Source: Rhina ancylostomus
Lineage: Eukaryota
Direction: 5' to 3'
Length of the DNA: 64,000 nucleotides
NCBI GenBank assembly: GCA_030265395.1
Contig: JARFYF010000053.1
Span: 17,819,477 to 17,883,476 of the forward strand
The position numbers and the translations under genes were made by a program. Under the pieces are notes generated by a model, which was not told where the DNA came from, searched no databases, and saw only the letters and a list, made by a program, of their open reading frames with translations. Of the stretch, positions 24,795 to 38,631 are shown piece by piece (the first letter of the stretch is position 1; every line of letters begins with the position of its first letter).

Positions 24795-25190
24795 CAAAGG
24801 CAAGGATGTCTTGACCATCCCAAGTTGTCCCTAGGAATGTGCTGGGTCAACTTCTTCAGTTGTCACCGAGCACTTGTAAGGTTCTCCCTTTAGGCAGAAG
24901 TTTGGACCAATTGATACCAAAAGAATAATAAAGTCCATGGTAAGACTTGGACTAGCATCTGTTCATAAATGTATTTCAATGCACACGTTGCCTGTGTCCT
25001 TCCAGGTGGTAGAAGCTGCAGACTTCCAAAGTACTGCAAAGGAGACTTTGCAAATTGCTGCAGTATTTGAGGATTTTTAACAAATCTTTGTTGCTGCTAC
25101 TCCCATTTAGCAAGTGGGTGCAATGCTATTGCATTACTCAAGTGCCTTGGAGGTAGCAGAACAGCTTTGGAAAGTCAGGAGACGATCCTG
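24795..25190 (-). mobile_element. Old LINE 3' fragment (L2/CR1 supergroup), same family as 62180-63300
   Basis: Shared blocks such as ccatcccaagttgtccctagg, gtccttccaggtggtagaag and gaaagtcagga match the longer copy. Confidence 0.5.
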
Positions 25191-25401
25191 ACATTAGTTT
25201 CCAAAGAACATCGTCTATAGCCTATTTCAATATGAATACTTTACAACACATTTCATAATGCAAAATATTCAATAACAATCAACCAAATGTATCAGCTGCA
25301 TATTTTTAAGATTCTCCAAACCAATTAAAAATGCTAAATGAAAATGAAGCATTTTCTTGCTACAGAAAAATAACGAAATATGCTCAGGGAAGGTGCCTTA
25401 C

Positions 25402-25584
25402 TTCTTAAGGTCCCAGATCCGAACAGAGTTGCCAGTTGCAGCATAGAGGAGANNNNNNNNNNAGAGGAGAGTGCCAGTGGGATTCAGTGCAATCTGATTT
25501 ATCTGGTGCTCCCCTTGTGCAATGCTCACAGTGCGGCTGGCTGTACTGGCACAAGCATCACCTGAAATTACCTGACCAGAGGAA
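25402..25584 (-). CDS. KIF21B: KIF21B WD40 exon ([13 protein letters not shown]...[31 protein letters not shown]); contains a 10-N assembly gap, true length probably 165 nt
   Basis: atcag acceptor, AA|gtaagg donor, phase 2/2. Confidence 0.93.
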
Positions 25585-26928
25585 CTGATCACAAGAAAAA
25601 GAAAATCAGACTGTTATTATTCTTCACACTGTTATATAATACCATAATGTATTTTGTTTCATTCAGCCTCAAGGATATCAAGAAGTGACTTGCTACCTGA
25701 AAAACGAACACCCAGCATCACACATGTTCAAATTCCATGAGCTGTTGTTAATTAATTCCATTAGCTTCACACCATGGAACTGAAGCCTCAAGCTTCTTGG
25801 GAGACATACAATTATACAAGACAATGTTGCAAGGTTAGCACAAGGCTGGGGAAAGTGTAAGGCTGAGTTAGATGTGGCCTATTAACCTTTCTGATTGTTG
25901 TTTTATTAAATGTTAACCTCTGGTTATCACACGTGAAAATTTTGGAATCTATTACATTTTGTTCATTCACCCTCAGGGAATCCAGGAAGCTAATCAGCCA
26001 ACATTGTGCCCACAAAAATTTTGTGAGCTGTCATTTTTGTTGGAAAACTCAATAATAAATGTGAGATCATTCTCTTGTGATCTTCCCACTCCTAACTAGG
26101 AATGACAATGGGGTTAAATATTAACAGTTTTCATTAATTTGCTGCATATGTCAGTTACATATATTGGGAACATTTGTTCCTTTCAACAGCTATTGGTTTC
26201 TTGCTGAAACCCATCTGAAATCAGACCATTTCATTGGGTCAGATTGTACTAACAACTAGTTCTTTGCCAGCAGTTCTTTGGAGAACCGCCAACTAGTTGT
26301 GGTTCACGAGTACAATCTGCACTTCTGCATTTATACGCTAGCATAGTGTAGGGACCAGTGGAAGTGGGTGCTTGATGGTTAGTGTGGACTCGTTGAGCTG
26401 GTTTTGTTTCCATGCTGTATGACCCCATGACTCTGACCAATAGGTAAACATTCCTTCCATTCTTCTGCCATCTCCAAACTCACTTTGTATTGTTATTTCC
26501 ATGGATTTTTAAAAGTGTGTTATTGAGCGCCTCTGGGAGTCAATAATGACAGCAATAAATAGACCTCCATTTACTATAGTAGTGAACGACTCCAAAAACT
26601 CAAAGTTAAAATGACATAATGTACCCTTCAGAATTTAACATGTATTTTCTCTTATCAACTTGTTGAAACAACCTGTCATTTGTGTATAAAAATAAGACCA
26701 GTAGTTTACCCACAGTGAACATTGAACTAACTTGTCTAAAGTTTCTGCCTTCTCGATTCCTCTCTTAAATGACAGTTTGCCACATGTAATCTTCCAATGA
26801 AAAGAGCACAATTCCTTGTCCCATCTTTCTTATAATTTTATATGAGTCCAAAGTTTAGTTAGCATCAATTGAATACATATGCAGCAAATGGAGCTCTATT
26901 AGGCTATTAAGATAGAGAAAAGTCTTAC

Positions 26929-27109
26929 GTTAGTGTCCTGGTGCATTTGGGAGTGTCTCGGATATCCCACACTTTGATGTACGACGTAGAGACAGTAAAC
27001 ACAAGGCTGGAGTAACTACAGTACTTGACAGAGACCACATTGTTTGGATGCCCTTTCAGGGTACTGATTTCCTGTCCAGTGGCCAGATTCCATACTTTGC
27101 AGGTCCGAT
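26929..27109 (-). CDS. KIF21B: KIF21B WD40 exon ([30 protein letters not shown]...[16 protein letters not shown]), 181 nt
   Basis: ttttag acceptor, AC|gtaag donor, phase 1 to 2; read directly. Confidence 0.96.
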
Positions 27110-28614
27110 CTAAAAGAATGACAGAGCATAAAACTCAACAAGCCACAGGAAACACAGAAGCCCAGAAGTAGTATATTTTTAGTAATTCAGTAAGGTTTAA
27201 AGCAAATTTAAACTTCATTTGATCTCTTTTAAAGTTGAAAATGAAACTAGTTCTTCAAAGAAGAACGTATCTCCTTAAATTTCCGTAAAGGAAAGTCATG
27301 TTATTTTATAAAATGAGGTAAGTATTTACACATTTTAAAAATCTTTTATTTTATTCTTTAAGATTGTTACTTGCAGATAACTTGGACACAGATTTTGCAG
27401 AATGTCTCTTCTGTTTCAATATCATAAGCAGCCACTACTATTGATCACCCAACAGGTCACTTACCACATCACAATAGGGAAGTTTTATACAAAATGTCTC
27501 TCCTCATTGATTTCAGCAATTATGTTTAAAGCATCAAGTATTTCCACTTTATCATTACTTATATTTAATAGCACTTGGCAAATGCTGCTCATAATCAATT
27601 TTTTCCAATATCATAATTATGCCTTTTTTATCAGCTAGGAAAACCCAGAATTTCATGGTCTAAACCTTCACACTGATTGGTCTGACACTCTGCTGGCATG
27701 ACTTGATGTCTAGCAGCATGGTAACAAACATACAAATCTGCACAATTCATTGCACACTGCTTTCTCAATCTCAGCCAAGCTGTCTACAACATGGCAAAAT
27801 GAAATGAAAATGAAAATTAATCTGCATGGCTCACAGCTGGTTAACGGAGTGATTTTGGCACAGCTCTCGGTACATGACATATGGTATGACAGAGTAGAAA
27901 GTGATAAATTGAGACAACATTGTTTTCATTATATCTGCTAACCATATGACTTGGGTAAGAGTTATTGCACTTTCTCAACTGAATACTGCTAGAACCAGAT
28001 GTCATTTTTACAATTGAAGATGAACGTGTCCAAATATTTAAAACTTGAATCAACATCCTCAATATTCTCTTCATTTAACTGACAACATTTCACAAATACA
28101 AATTAACAGTGTTTCTTCAAATATCACTAATTTTGCAAGCAATTTTCAGACATGGACTGTGGTTTTTAATCAAGAGAAGTCACTGCATTAATGAACTCAT
28201 TTTAAACAGAAAAAATTCTCAACCAAGGGTGAGCCAACCAAGGTGATCTTATGCTAGTTTGATATAACACTTTGTGTTAATGTTCTGCACATCACTTTTG
28301 ATGTGCAGAAAAAGAAACTTATTTCAAATCTGGAAACTGAATGTAACTTAACATGAAGGAACAGTCAGACAAAATACCAAAAACAGATAGAATGTGCACA
28401 AGAAGTAGTGGGAAATAACTCTAATAATCAGGGAGAGAGTTAGATGAAAATTGGGTTTACTCACTCACATTGGAACAAAACAATAAAATGGCCAAAGACT
28501 TAAATATTTATTCATTATTAACAACATATGATTGAGTGCTGTTTTCTGAGGGGGACAGGAGGAGAATTAGATATTTCATTTTTTTCAAATTAGGATCAAA
28601 AGCATTAAACAAAG

Positions 28615-28660
28615 ATGATAGATAGAACATTTCCTCCATGATAGATAGAACATTTCCTCC
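28615..28660. repeat. Perfect 23-bp tandem duplication
   Basis: atgatagatagaacatttcctcc occurs twice. Confidence 0.9.
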
Positions 28661-29007
28661 GAAATTCCAGCATCAGAGTGAGGTGCTCTCATCGGAAAAA
28701 ACACAACTAAAAGTGCTTTTATTTATGTTTAACTGTGTTCAGGAAATTGTTTCATCTCAACCCCAGAAGAGGACCTGTTTTAGGATAAAGAGGACATTTA
28801 ATTTCCTATAATCCTGCCAAGACTTCTTGAGTAAGTTATCTGATTTACTGGCAGTGTTGATCTGTCAATCCATTGAGGTAACCCAGGTTCATCTTAAATT
28901 AGTTCTTTCCACATGATGAACAAAGAAGTTTATTATTCAATGTAAATTTACGAGATTCATTGTAGACCTAAAGTCTTTGCCTTCCCCTCCCTCCATCAAA
29001 TCATTAC

Positions 29008-29144
29008 CTTTTGAGCCAGTGAATAGCAGGTCATCGGTTGCATCCAGACACAGCACAGGTTTAGAGTGCCCTTCAGCAACTGAAATGCATTGGAGTGGGG
29101 CAGTTCTCCCACCCTTGGCACCACCAACTGGATTAATGACACCC
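29008..29144 (-). CDS. KIF21B: KIF21B exon, first WD40 repeat ([45 protein letters not shown]), 137 nt
   Basis: cttcag acceptor, AAAG|gtaatg donor, phase 2 to 1. Confidence 0.96.
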
Positions 29145-32100
29145 CTGAAGGAAGAACAGATAATGGGTAAATAAACTCTTGTGAACAGTGTTCTCCTCAA
29201 GGCAGTGAATGATTTATTTGGCAAAGGCTTATATTGAACATAAAAAGTGCCTCTGATGTTACTTCCATCTTCCAATATGAATATTGATCACTTACTCAAA
29301 TATCAATATTCTATCAAATATCATGTTTAGCTACTTACAACATTTAGTGGAAGTCAGCACAAAATACAGACCATTTATCAGGTGTAAATGGTGATCCATT
29401 TCCATGCACTATGTATGTAACAATTAAATTAGCTTTTTGTATTAAAATATTGTTGCAAAAGAAAAAGTTGGATTTTCTAAAAAGCAAACACTTTTGCCAG
29501 ATGATAAAAATCATGCAACACCAAACAACTTGCATGCAATATCATCGATTTCCATTAATGCAGCAGTTTGATAACCAAACCAAAGTATTGTGCCACTTAT
29601 GGAGATTCACTCAGATACTGAGCAGTTTTCACAGGACGATGATGAGTATTGCTAGCTTATGGAGATATAAATCGCACCATACCCTCCGTGCCCCCCCCCC
29701 GTGACCTCCACCAGAGAGACAGACAAAAACATCAGTTTTATCAGAACACACCATTTTTAGTGCAACAGGTTGGATTGGTAAGTGATCAGTTACATTTGCA
29801 TCACACACACCACACATTGTTTATCTCCAACAAAAGAAACTATTCCCTTTGCATTCAATATATTCACCATCAATATCCTGGAACTATCATTCGCCAGAAA
29901 CTCAATTGGATGTCTAACAGAGAATAGATATTCTGCCATGAATGACTCATGACGTGATTGCCAAATGCCTCCAACACATAATTCAGGAGTGTGATAGAAT
30001 ACCATCCACTTGTTCGGATGGGCACAGCTTCAATAATATCCAGAAGGTCAACAACACACATGTCAAAACAGGCTGTTTTAGTTCCATTGCATCCGCAACC
30101 TCAAGTTTCGACTTCCTAAGCATTCTTGTACTGTGGCTGCCTTAAGGATGCCATCCAGAGTTTATTCAACAGCACTTCTCAAAACCACAAACCTCAATTA
30201 TCTGGAAGGATAAGGGGTACCTTGGAATACCACTTCCAGCATCCCAACCAAGTAACAGATTGTCCAGACTTGATTCTTAGGTAAAAATTGTTTTTTACCT
30301 TCATCATTTGTGAGGTAAAAATCCTCAAGCTCTCTCCTTATAGTGAGAATATTTTCTTCACATTTGAATTGATTCAAAAAAAAGGTTGATCATTATGCTC
30401 ATGGTTGGCTTTGCCAGCAAAATCCATATGCAGAGAAAGAACTAATAAAAAATATAGCTGAAGCAGTTCAAAGAAAAGCCTAACACCTTTGTTTTGTAAC
30501 TGAAAGTGCAATAAATGCAGCCTTTCCTGTGTTGACCATATTGTAGAACAAATTTAAAAAGTTTTTAAATACAACAGCACAAACGATTTCAAAGTCCAGC
30601 TAATGCTACATATTGTCATTTTAAGCATTGCCCTGAAGTAATTCTGATACCTCAAAAACAAAACGTTCAACAGTTCATATTCATTGAAATAACAAGAAAC
30701 AAAATATTCAACAGGAAAATAGAACACATTGGAGGTGAACAGTGGTGTGTCTTCTTTAAACTGGAGACCATTAATGCAAGTCCAATGAGATTCCTGTTGG
30801 ATATCATTATTGTGTCATGATGCACGTGCCCTTCCCCTCTGCTATACTGGGACCTTCGTCAGCTGATTAGCTCCTGAATAATTCACATTGTGTGGGCAAA
30901 TTTATTGGCTCAGAAATTGAAAAATCAAACCAATTGAATGGAATAAAATTTACCCACAATGTGATATTTGAAATTATAGCCTCAGTCTCATTTCACAGGA
31001 ATGAAGGCCAAGTATTCCAATTATCAAAATTATTGCAGTGCTTCTCTGGATAAATCTATAGATAGAGTGCAAAATCTAATGAAAATTCATCACAAGGATA
31101 TTTGCTGATATTGACATCAAATTGAGTTTCCAGCTGTTGGAAGGACTGGGCTNNNNNNNNNNNNNNNNNNNNNNNNNNNNNNNNNNNNNNNNNAGTCACC
31201 TTTTGAAATGGCTTCCTGCATGGTTACCAATCCTCCATCTCCAATGTAAAACAAGGGACATGGACAACCTTATGGAGCTCAACAACATTTTTAATACCAT
31301 CAAGAAAATCATTTGGATTAAGCAGGGCAGGGGATGGTCTGCTTTATAATTAAATGAGTAGCTGTTATGAAGAAGTAAAAATGCTTTGATAATAAAGGGC
31401 TTTTAAAATTAATTCCTAAAGAACCAGATGGTCCCATATGTTCTCCTGACTCCACAGTACTCCCAATGGTCCCACATCCTCAAATTCCAAGCATTTCACC
31501 TCTTACCAGGATTTACCAATTTTCATTCCAACAAATGGACAAGCTGACTAAGGTAATGCAATATTTATTGGGAACTTTGCGTATGAATGTCAATGAGGGC
31601 TGATGTCCATTTACAGTCTGGCTTAGATTGCCTTGTAAGGATGCATTTATGCCCCAATCACCAAATTCCTGACCATAGTTGGAGTGATGACACAAGCTTG
31701 CTTGATCCCAGTCGGATTTGGGATTGAGTTTGTGATGGATCCATTATTTAGAATCCCAGCTTGCATGCCATCATGTGGCAGACATATGATGCAACTCACC
31801 CCTAACAAGCTTCCTGCTGGAGTGAAACCAATCTCTACCTATTGTTCCCCCACAATGAAGGTCCAGACAACACCTTGGAAAGCATGACCACTTCCTGTGT
31901 TTTAGGAGCCACCGCTCAACAGAGGTAGACATTGATGATGAAATTCACCATCACCTTCAATGGATTAACACAGCCTTTGTCTATCTGGAGAAAAGCATTT
32001 GAAGATCAAGACCTCAAATCCAGCACAAAGCTCATAATTTACTGGCAGCAGTGATCCCTGTTCTCATGCGCTTCTGAGGGGCAGGGCTTATGACTGTGGT

Positions 32101-33428
32101 GCACTTCTTCCATTAGAATGAGTTGGGTGGGGGGGTCGTTATGAGATGCTCACCAACCCAAAAGGGGGGAAATCATTAAAATGCCACTCGAGTTCAAAAC
32201 CCACCCTATGAAGACTGTATTCCTCTTCCAGAAGGTAGCATATCCCTTTGTACTGGCTGACACGGCCTGTCATGTCTCACATGACAGTTTTTCTGAATAC
32301 CTGAGCTTTAACAACAGGGCAATGCACAGGTCTGTTGCTGATGGGGTGCTCCTTCAGGGTCCTGATAGTCTACGTCCCAAACTACATACCAAGACATGCA
32401 TGTTACCCACATGTGGCTTCTTTCAATGTGGTATAGCTGTTACACACAGAGTTGCCTGATGTGCTCGACAGGCTGCAGTAGTGATACAGTGGTCAGGGGA
32501 TTCAAGGGAATTGAAGGCCAGTCCCTGCTGTAAGGATATAAACATACACATGTACGTGGAGACACATGGGCACCTGTCAGCAGGTGAACACACACTCGCT
32601 TGCCCAGTGCCACCTCCTTGCTCTACTTCCCCTGCACCTTTCAGTCAGTCTCGGACCCTGTCCCTGAATCATGTCTCTTTCAGCATTTCTCCTTTTGTTA
32701 TCTGTGTTTACAGTAAATATAAAGTTGTTAGTCATGGTGAACAAATCAGCAACTTAAGATTTAAAAATGGCTCAAATTAAATGACATTTGAGCAATATTG
32801 ATGTGCAGTCTGTTGATTTTGCATGATTTATGTGGAAGCTGCATCTACAAGATTTAAAATCTGAATCAATAAATAGAGAAATGGTGCCAATATGTAAATA
32901 TTTTTGAAGAACTGCAGCACCAACCTTTAAATCCTTACCTTCATTTTGACCTTGAAATTATTGTTATTAACCTAATATGCAAATCCCCACAGAACCAAAA
33001 CTATTTCATGACATGGTTATTCAAACCTTTTCCCTGGAACCAAACATTCTACTGTTCACACAACACCAAGTGATTGAACAAGAAATAGAATAGAACTACT
33101 AGTTTGACTATCTGTATGTGTAAATCATATGCATTAAAGTACTGTCTCAGAGACAAATGAAAGGTGCATGCAAATCAGCCCAATCAGAAAAAAAAGCAGA
33201 CTTAGAAATGAAACCATCTTTACATTAAAGTGCTTCATTAAAAATAGAAGCTATTCAACCACCAATCAACTAACATGAGGAACTGTGTTGCTTTTGGTAC
33301 GAGATGCAGTGCCGGGCAGACATACCACAAACAGTAACATGCAAACAGCAAAGCGATCAGCTGCGTGGCCCAGTCAGACCAGAAGCAGAGGCCTGCACAA
33401 TGCAAGAGGTGACAAAAGAAACTTGTAC

Positions 33429-33467
33429 CTGGGAACCTCCGAGAGAGAGGAGTCACTGTCATCAGAC
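33429..33467 (-). CDS. KIF21B: KIF21B 39-nt frame-preserving microexon (SDDSDSSLSEVPR), probably alternatively spliced
   Basis: tttgtag acceptor, CAG|gtacaa donor, phase 2/2; matches the SDDSDSSLSEV peptide of KIF21A/B. Confidence 0.9.
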
Positions 33468-36462
33468 CTACAAACAAAACAGCAGCAGGATTATGGGGAA
33501 GAAAGATGGAAGAGCTCCAGCATGTTGGACTGTTGAATAGAATCACTGATGGGAACAAGTAAGAGCAATAGGAGGTAGGCCAAGTTAAGCAGTACTGAGT
33601 GCCACAAAAGGGAGCAATTCATAAGAGAGGTAATTTTAAGGTTAGTTTTTTTTCTGATCTTTTTCCTCAAATCTATCAATTACATGGCCTCCTGGACAAG
33701 CCACATGATACTAAGAGATGATTACAACTTGAAAATTATAGGTTTAAATCATGCTTTCAATATTAATGAAAATATTTGTTGGTTATAAGAATACGCAACC
33801 CATTTTGTTCAAATAAATTAAGATATTCATCAAGATACTGTAGAAATAAAATGGAATTCCAAAATCTACATTAATTTACCATGAACAATATATTCATAAT
33901 TTCAAACCACTGGCATTTTAAAGTGTTCATTTTGAACATGTTGAATGGGAAGACAACTTTGATAGTGAGAGGATGTTGCCATCAATCAACCAATGAGTGC
34001 TACTGTGAGTCCACCACAAGCTCTCATTCACTTTTCTTCTAAACTGCAAGCAGTATCACTGCTCTCCAAATGAGCAGTGCATAACCGTAACATCAAGTTG
34101 TAATGTTGCAGGTCAAGCTAAAATGCATTCAAAGTAAAATAGATTGAAAACTGAATAATGAACCAGAAATACTATGCATTTAAATTCTGAGTGCCTGCCA
34201 TGAGAAAGCTCATTGTTTAAAAAAAATGTCCTCCATGTACCTTGTGCTCGTGAATGGTCCCTACCTAAACACATTTGTATAATCATATTCCATCTAACCT
34301 GAAAGAAGTGCCTGTCAAAATAATTAAGTCAGCAATTAAGGAATTTTTTTCTGAGATTAACTGAGAATCAATCAGCACAGATGTTTAATTGAATGTACAT
34401 GGCCCAGAAGTGCACATGTCATGTGATTTGTGCAACTTTTCATGAGTAGGAAGTAATCTCTTAACCCAATACCAAACCATTTCCTGATTGAACATGTTTG
34501 TATAATTTCTCCACACATTTTCAAGCAACATATTTCCATTTAGTGGGTCAGCCTAGAACTGTTGTGCATTAATTCCCAAGGGAAGAAAGTTCAGCATTAG
34601 TTAAGAGTAAGATTCAAATTATCAAACTTCTAAATTTAGTAGTCAATATTCCTTTACATCAGATTGTCTTAAAGCTACGTTTATTGATTTTCCTTGCAGA
34701 ATTTATTTTGAAAATATTCACACTGATATGGCAAGTTTGATTCTATTCACTTAAAGCAACTTAATTTATCCAGCTGAAGAACATTGAGTTGATTCTTGCT
34801 TAGATCAAATTCTTGAAGAAATTTATCTTTGAGCTGCCTGAGCTACCTCTGCAATTTGAATTGACAAGAACTTCCAATGTAGAAGAAAGATACTACTCCA
34901 GCATCACTGCTGAAGACAGAATACTCTATGCACTCAGTTAACATTTCACTTATCTTTGGGAGGGTGAAAAAAGAAATAATGTTCAGTCCTCATTCAACTA
35001 GGATTTTTTGTTTAACTTCTTGATTAATCAAGGAACAGTCCATGCCTGCTCATAGACTGGGGTAACATTCCATGGGGAAATGATATTAACTCAAGAAATC
35101 TTTCCCTGGTCAAATATTACTGCTTGTTTAGGAACAAAGTAATGTTTTGTTTACCAGAGGGAGAATTCTGAGGAGTTCATGCTGTTTGTACTGTATGCAT
35201 TCAAATACATTCTATCTGCCATTTCAAACTCAAACATGATCTTGTGTCAGCCGTTTTGGTTTGAGAGTTGAAAAGTATGATCTGCACAACATGAATGCTG
35301 CTGAAACAAGCAAAGTCATTACTTGGAAATTATATCATTTAATATCATAACCCCAGGATATATTCTAAGAATCACCAAATTATTTATTCATAATCCTATC
35401 AATGTGCTTTTGTAGAGAGCCTGTTAAAATCAATCAAACCAAAGCATATTCTTTTAGTAGTTAATATAAATAGGGCATTAGTTTGTGGAATACTGAAGAT
35501 ATTTTGAACATATAGAAGCAACAGTGCCTTTGTAGCCTATACCCTGTGAAGCTAAATGCTGATCTAGACAATGAAGGTGAAATTACCGAGACTGAATGAA
35601 TTGAACAAGAACTTGATTCTGGTCCTAAAAATCGTCTGCAACATTAATGCTCATGATGCAAAAACAAAGTTTCTCTGGATGTTTTTACTTAGTTGTCTGC
35701 CCTACTCTTAATGCATGTTCAGGAGGCATATAATTCACACTGTTATGGTAACTCTCACATAAAAGGAGGTACAGTCATGCAAACAAAAAGTTCCAAATGG
35801 ATGACATAATGGAATATTCAAATAAAATGTTACTTGGCATACCTACTGAAAGCATGTTGACTGAGACAAGTAAACACAGAGCTAACATTATGGAAAAAAA
35901 GAACAGAGTGACAAAATAATTGTTATTGGAATAGGCAAACATACAGAACATAAACAAGGAACACAAGTGGTATGCATCTATTCCATTAATAGATTGGAAA
36001 GTTGATGGAAAATTCATGGGTTCTGAGGGGAAAAACCACATAGCAATGACCACCTTTCTTCAATTATGGATAATACATTTAAAGTACAACCATTGACTAA
36101 CTATGGAAATATAGATTTTATCTAGATCTCAATTTGATCAAATAATTTTTAAGACAATTTATTAAAAAAAATGGCAAACCAGGCGAGTATGACAAGATCA
36201 TTGATCCGACAGATGTGAAACATCTGATCAAACAGCTGGTGTTTTAATAGACAAAGGATTTTAATCTAAGGGGTAAAAAGAGTTTGTCAGCACACAATAC
36301 AAAAGCACAAAATGTGGCTAGCAGGAATGTATACTCCCAGGCTCACTCTAACTAGTGCCCAATACTTAAAATGTCATTTAAAATGGGCAGCTTCTGCTAA
36401 TGGACAAAGAGTGCCTCTGATATAGAAAGATATATTTTAGTTTTCATCAAATTATATATTAT

Positions 36463-36496
36463 AGTATAATTTTAATTTAAGTATAATTTTAATTTA
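36463..36496. repeat. 17-bp tandem duplication
   Basis: agtataattttaattta occurs twice. Confidence 0.8.
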
Positions 36497-38310
36497 AATC
36501 CATGAAGGCTGCACACACTGTGACTTTACTGCTCTGGGTACAAAACAAGACTGGTAACAGAAAATACTGGAAACACTCAACAGGTCAGGCAGCACCTACT
36601 CAGATAATCTCTAAGAAATGCTGTAAAAATTTGCATAAAGTTTCTGCAGACCTTGAATGCTGGCTAATTTCTTATCTTTGGATAAAATCTTCCACAGGAG
36701 ATCTTTTAAATATGTCATTGATAATTTATCATATGAACAATGCTGATGAAAAATAAGAAGTAATTGATTCTGGTTCCAGAAGGATTGGGAAGTACACATG
36801 ATAGTGGTATTTCTCTCACTCTTTTATTCCTGTAAACACTAAAATAGTTGAAGGTTTTAACTAAAAACTAAATGTTTGTATACATAAATCCATGAACAGC
36901 ATTGCTTTGCTCTCAAGAAAAGCAATGAGTGCATACTGCTCTAAAACAGCATTTAGATTTTGAATCATCATCACTTTATGCCTGGGAGAAACTGCTGATC
37001 CATTAAATGTTTTTTTCTGGTGACTTATGGGGGAAACACACAGGTCTAAAAACTTTTAAACATATTTACTATTGATTAGATAATTGGACACCAAAAGCTA
37101 TTTGTGCAATATATATTTTAAACGCTATTGCAACTAGTCTGTCATACGTTTGCACATCATGGGCAAGTTACACTCACATGAGCATATCTGCTTGGACCAT
37201 AGGGACAGCAATTACTAAACCAAAGTTGCATTATTGGCATTATTTTAGGTTCAATTGTCCTTGAGGAACAGATCATAAATTTTAATTATCTGTTCTTGTG
37301 CACAGTTGCTAACAGTTTAATCCAGGACCAGTGAACTGTTCAGGCTCGTGGAAATTTACCTGTACAGATTAGCCCCTAGGTTCATTCTAGATTTATTCTT
37401 AAATTTGCCAGTAGATCACTGCATAATTTAGAATGAAGAATCTTTGGAACAATGATTATAATCTTAAAACAAAGACATGTTCTACTGCTACTAAAGACAA
37501 AGGAATTTAAAACTTTATCCAGGATCAAGTCACTGATTTGAAACAATGGCTTTATTTCTCTCTCCAAAGATGCTGCCTAACTTTTTGTTTTTTTAATCCA
37601 AGAGTAATTATCTGATTGTCAGTTTGGGGATTGTAATTAATCTCTTCCTTTATCCCTTTAAGAGCTTTTCATTATGTTAATAGCAGAAACAATAAACATA
37701 ATAATCCATAGATTGGAAAAAAAACATGTAGGGAAAGCAGGCATTCAGTTTGTTTAGAGTTAATAACATGTAATAGAGCGCTTTGATGATCTCACACTAA
37801 GATAACATTAATCATGATAAGGATGTAAATAGAGCTACTGTCGCAATTTAAAATGAAATTAAATTTTGGATTTTCTTCCAAAAAGAAATCATCATACATT
37901 TGAAATAAATTATTTTTCTTTTACCTCTGTAATTAAATCAGATTAGACATAATAGAAACCAAAGGTAAGGAAATAAAAGTGTCAAGTTTTCAGAAATGAC
38001 TTGCTTTACCTTTGCAATGTAAGTGTATTAAGTCAGTTTAGAACAATATTATTTTAATAATATTAGTGGAGCATCAGCACACAGATACTTATAGCATAAA
38101 ATACATTATTTATTTCTGAATGAAAAATGCCGATATTTGTTTACATTGTGACAGTGAAACTTAAACCTAAAACCATTTTCCCTATATGACCAATCAAACA
38201 GACAAGGTAAATTTCTGGATCAGCTTGTTAAATTTCAGAATAATTATATATTTTTTTGAAATGCATTATCAAATTAAGGCCAGTATAAACTCCTTCTGCC
38301 ATGCACTTAC

Positions 38311-38439
38311 TTGTCGTGTGCAGGGAATGTCTGAAGCTGAGTATTGCTGAGTCGGGAGAACACATTCCTGTCATTACGAGCTCGAGTAGGTGGGGAGGAA
38401 GGAGGAGTTATATTAATTTCAGGAGACCTCCATTCAGAC
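38311..38439 (-). CDS. KIF21B: KIF21B exon ([31 protein letters not shown]...HDK), 129 nt
   Basis: ttgcag acceptor, AA|gtaagt donor, phase 2/2; [19 protein letters not shown] motif. Confidence 0.93.
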
Positions 38440-38631
38440 CTGCAAGGACCAACAGATTTATCCAGAATTATTTTGTATAAATTTACTAAAATATATTTAA
38501 TATAGTCCTTTTCTCATCATATTTGTCATGAGTTATGAGTAATAAATTGTATTCCCTTACAAGTTTTAGAAGTCTTTAGCAGAAAAGAATAAATTATCTG
38601 TTTCGGGAAATTTGGGAAATTCATTTATTAC

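Noticed and set aside
34241-34298. AG/GT-bounded 58-nt segment upstream of the microexon
   Set aside because: In-frame TGA in the required phase and no similarity to KIF21 peptides.
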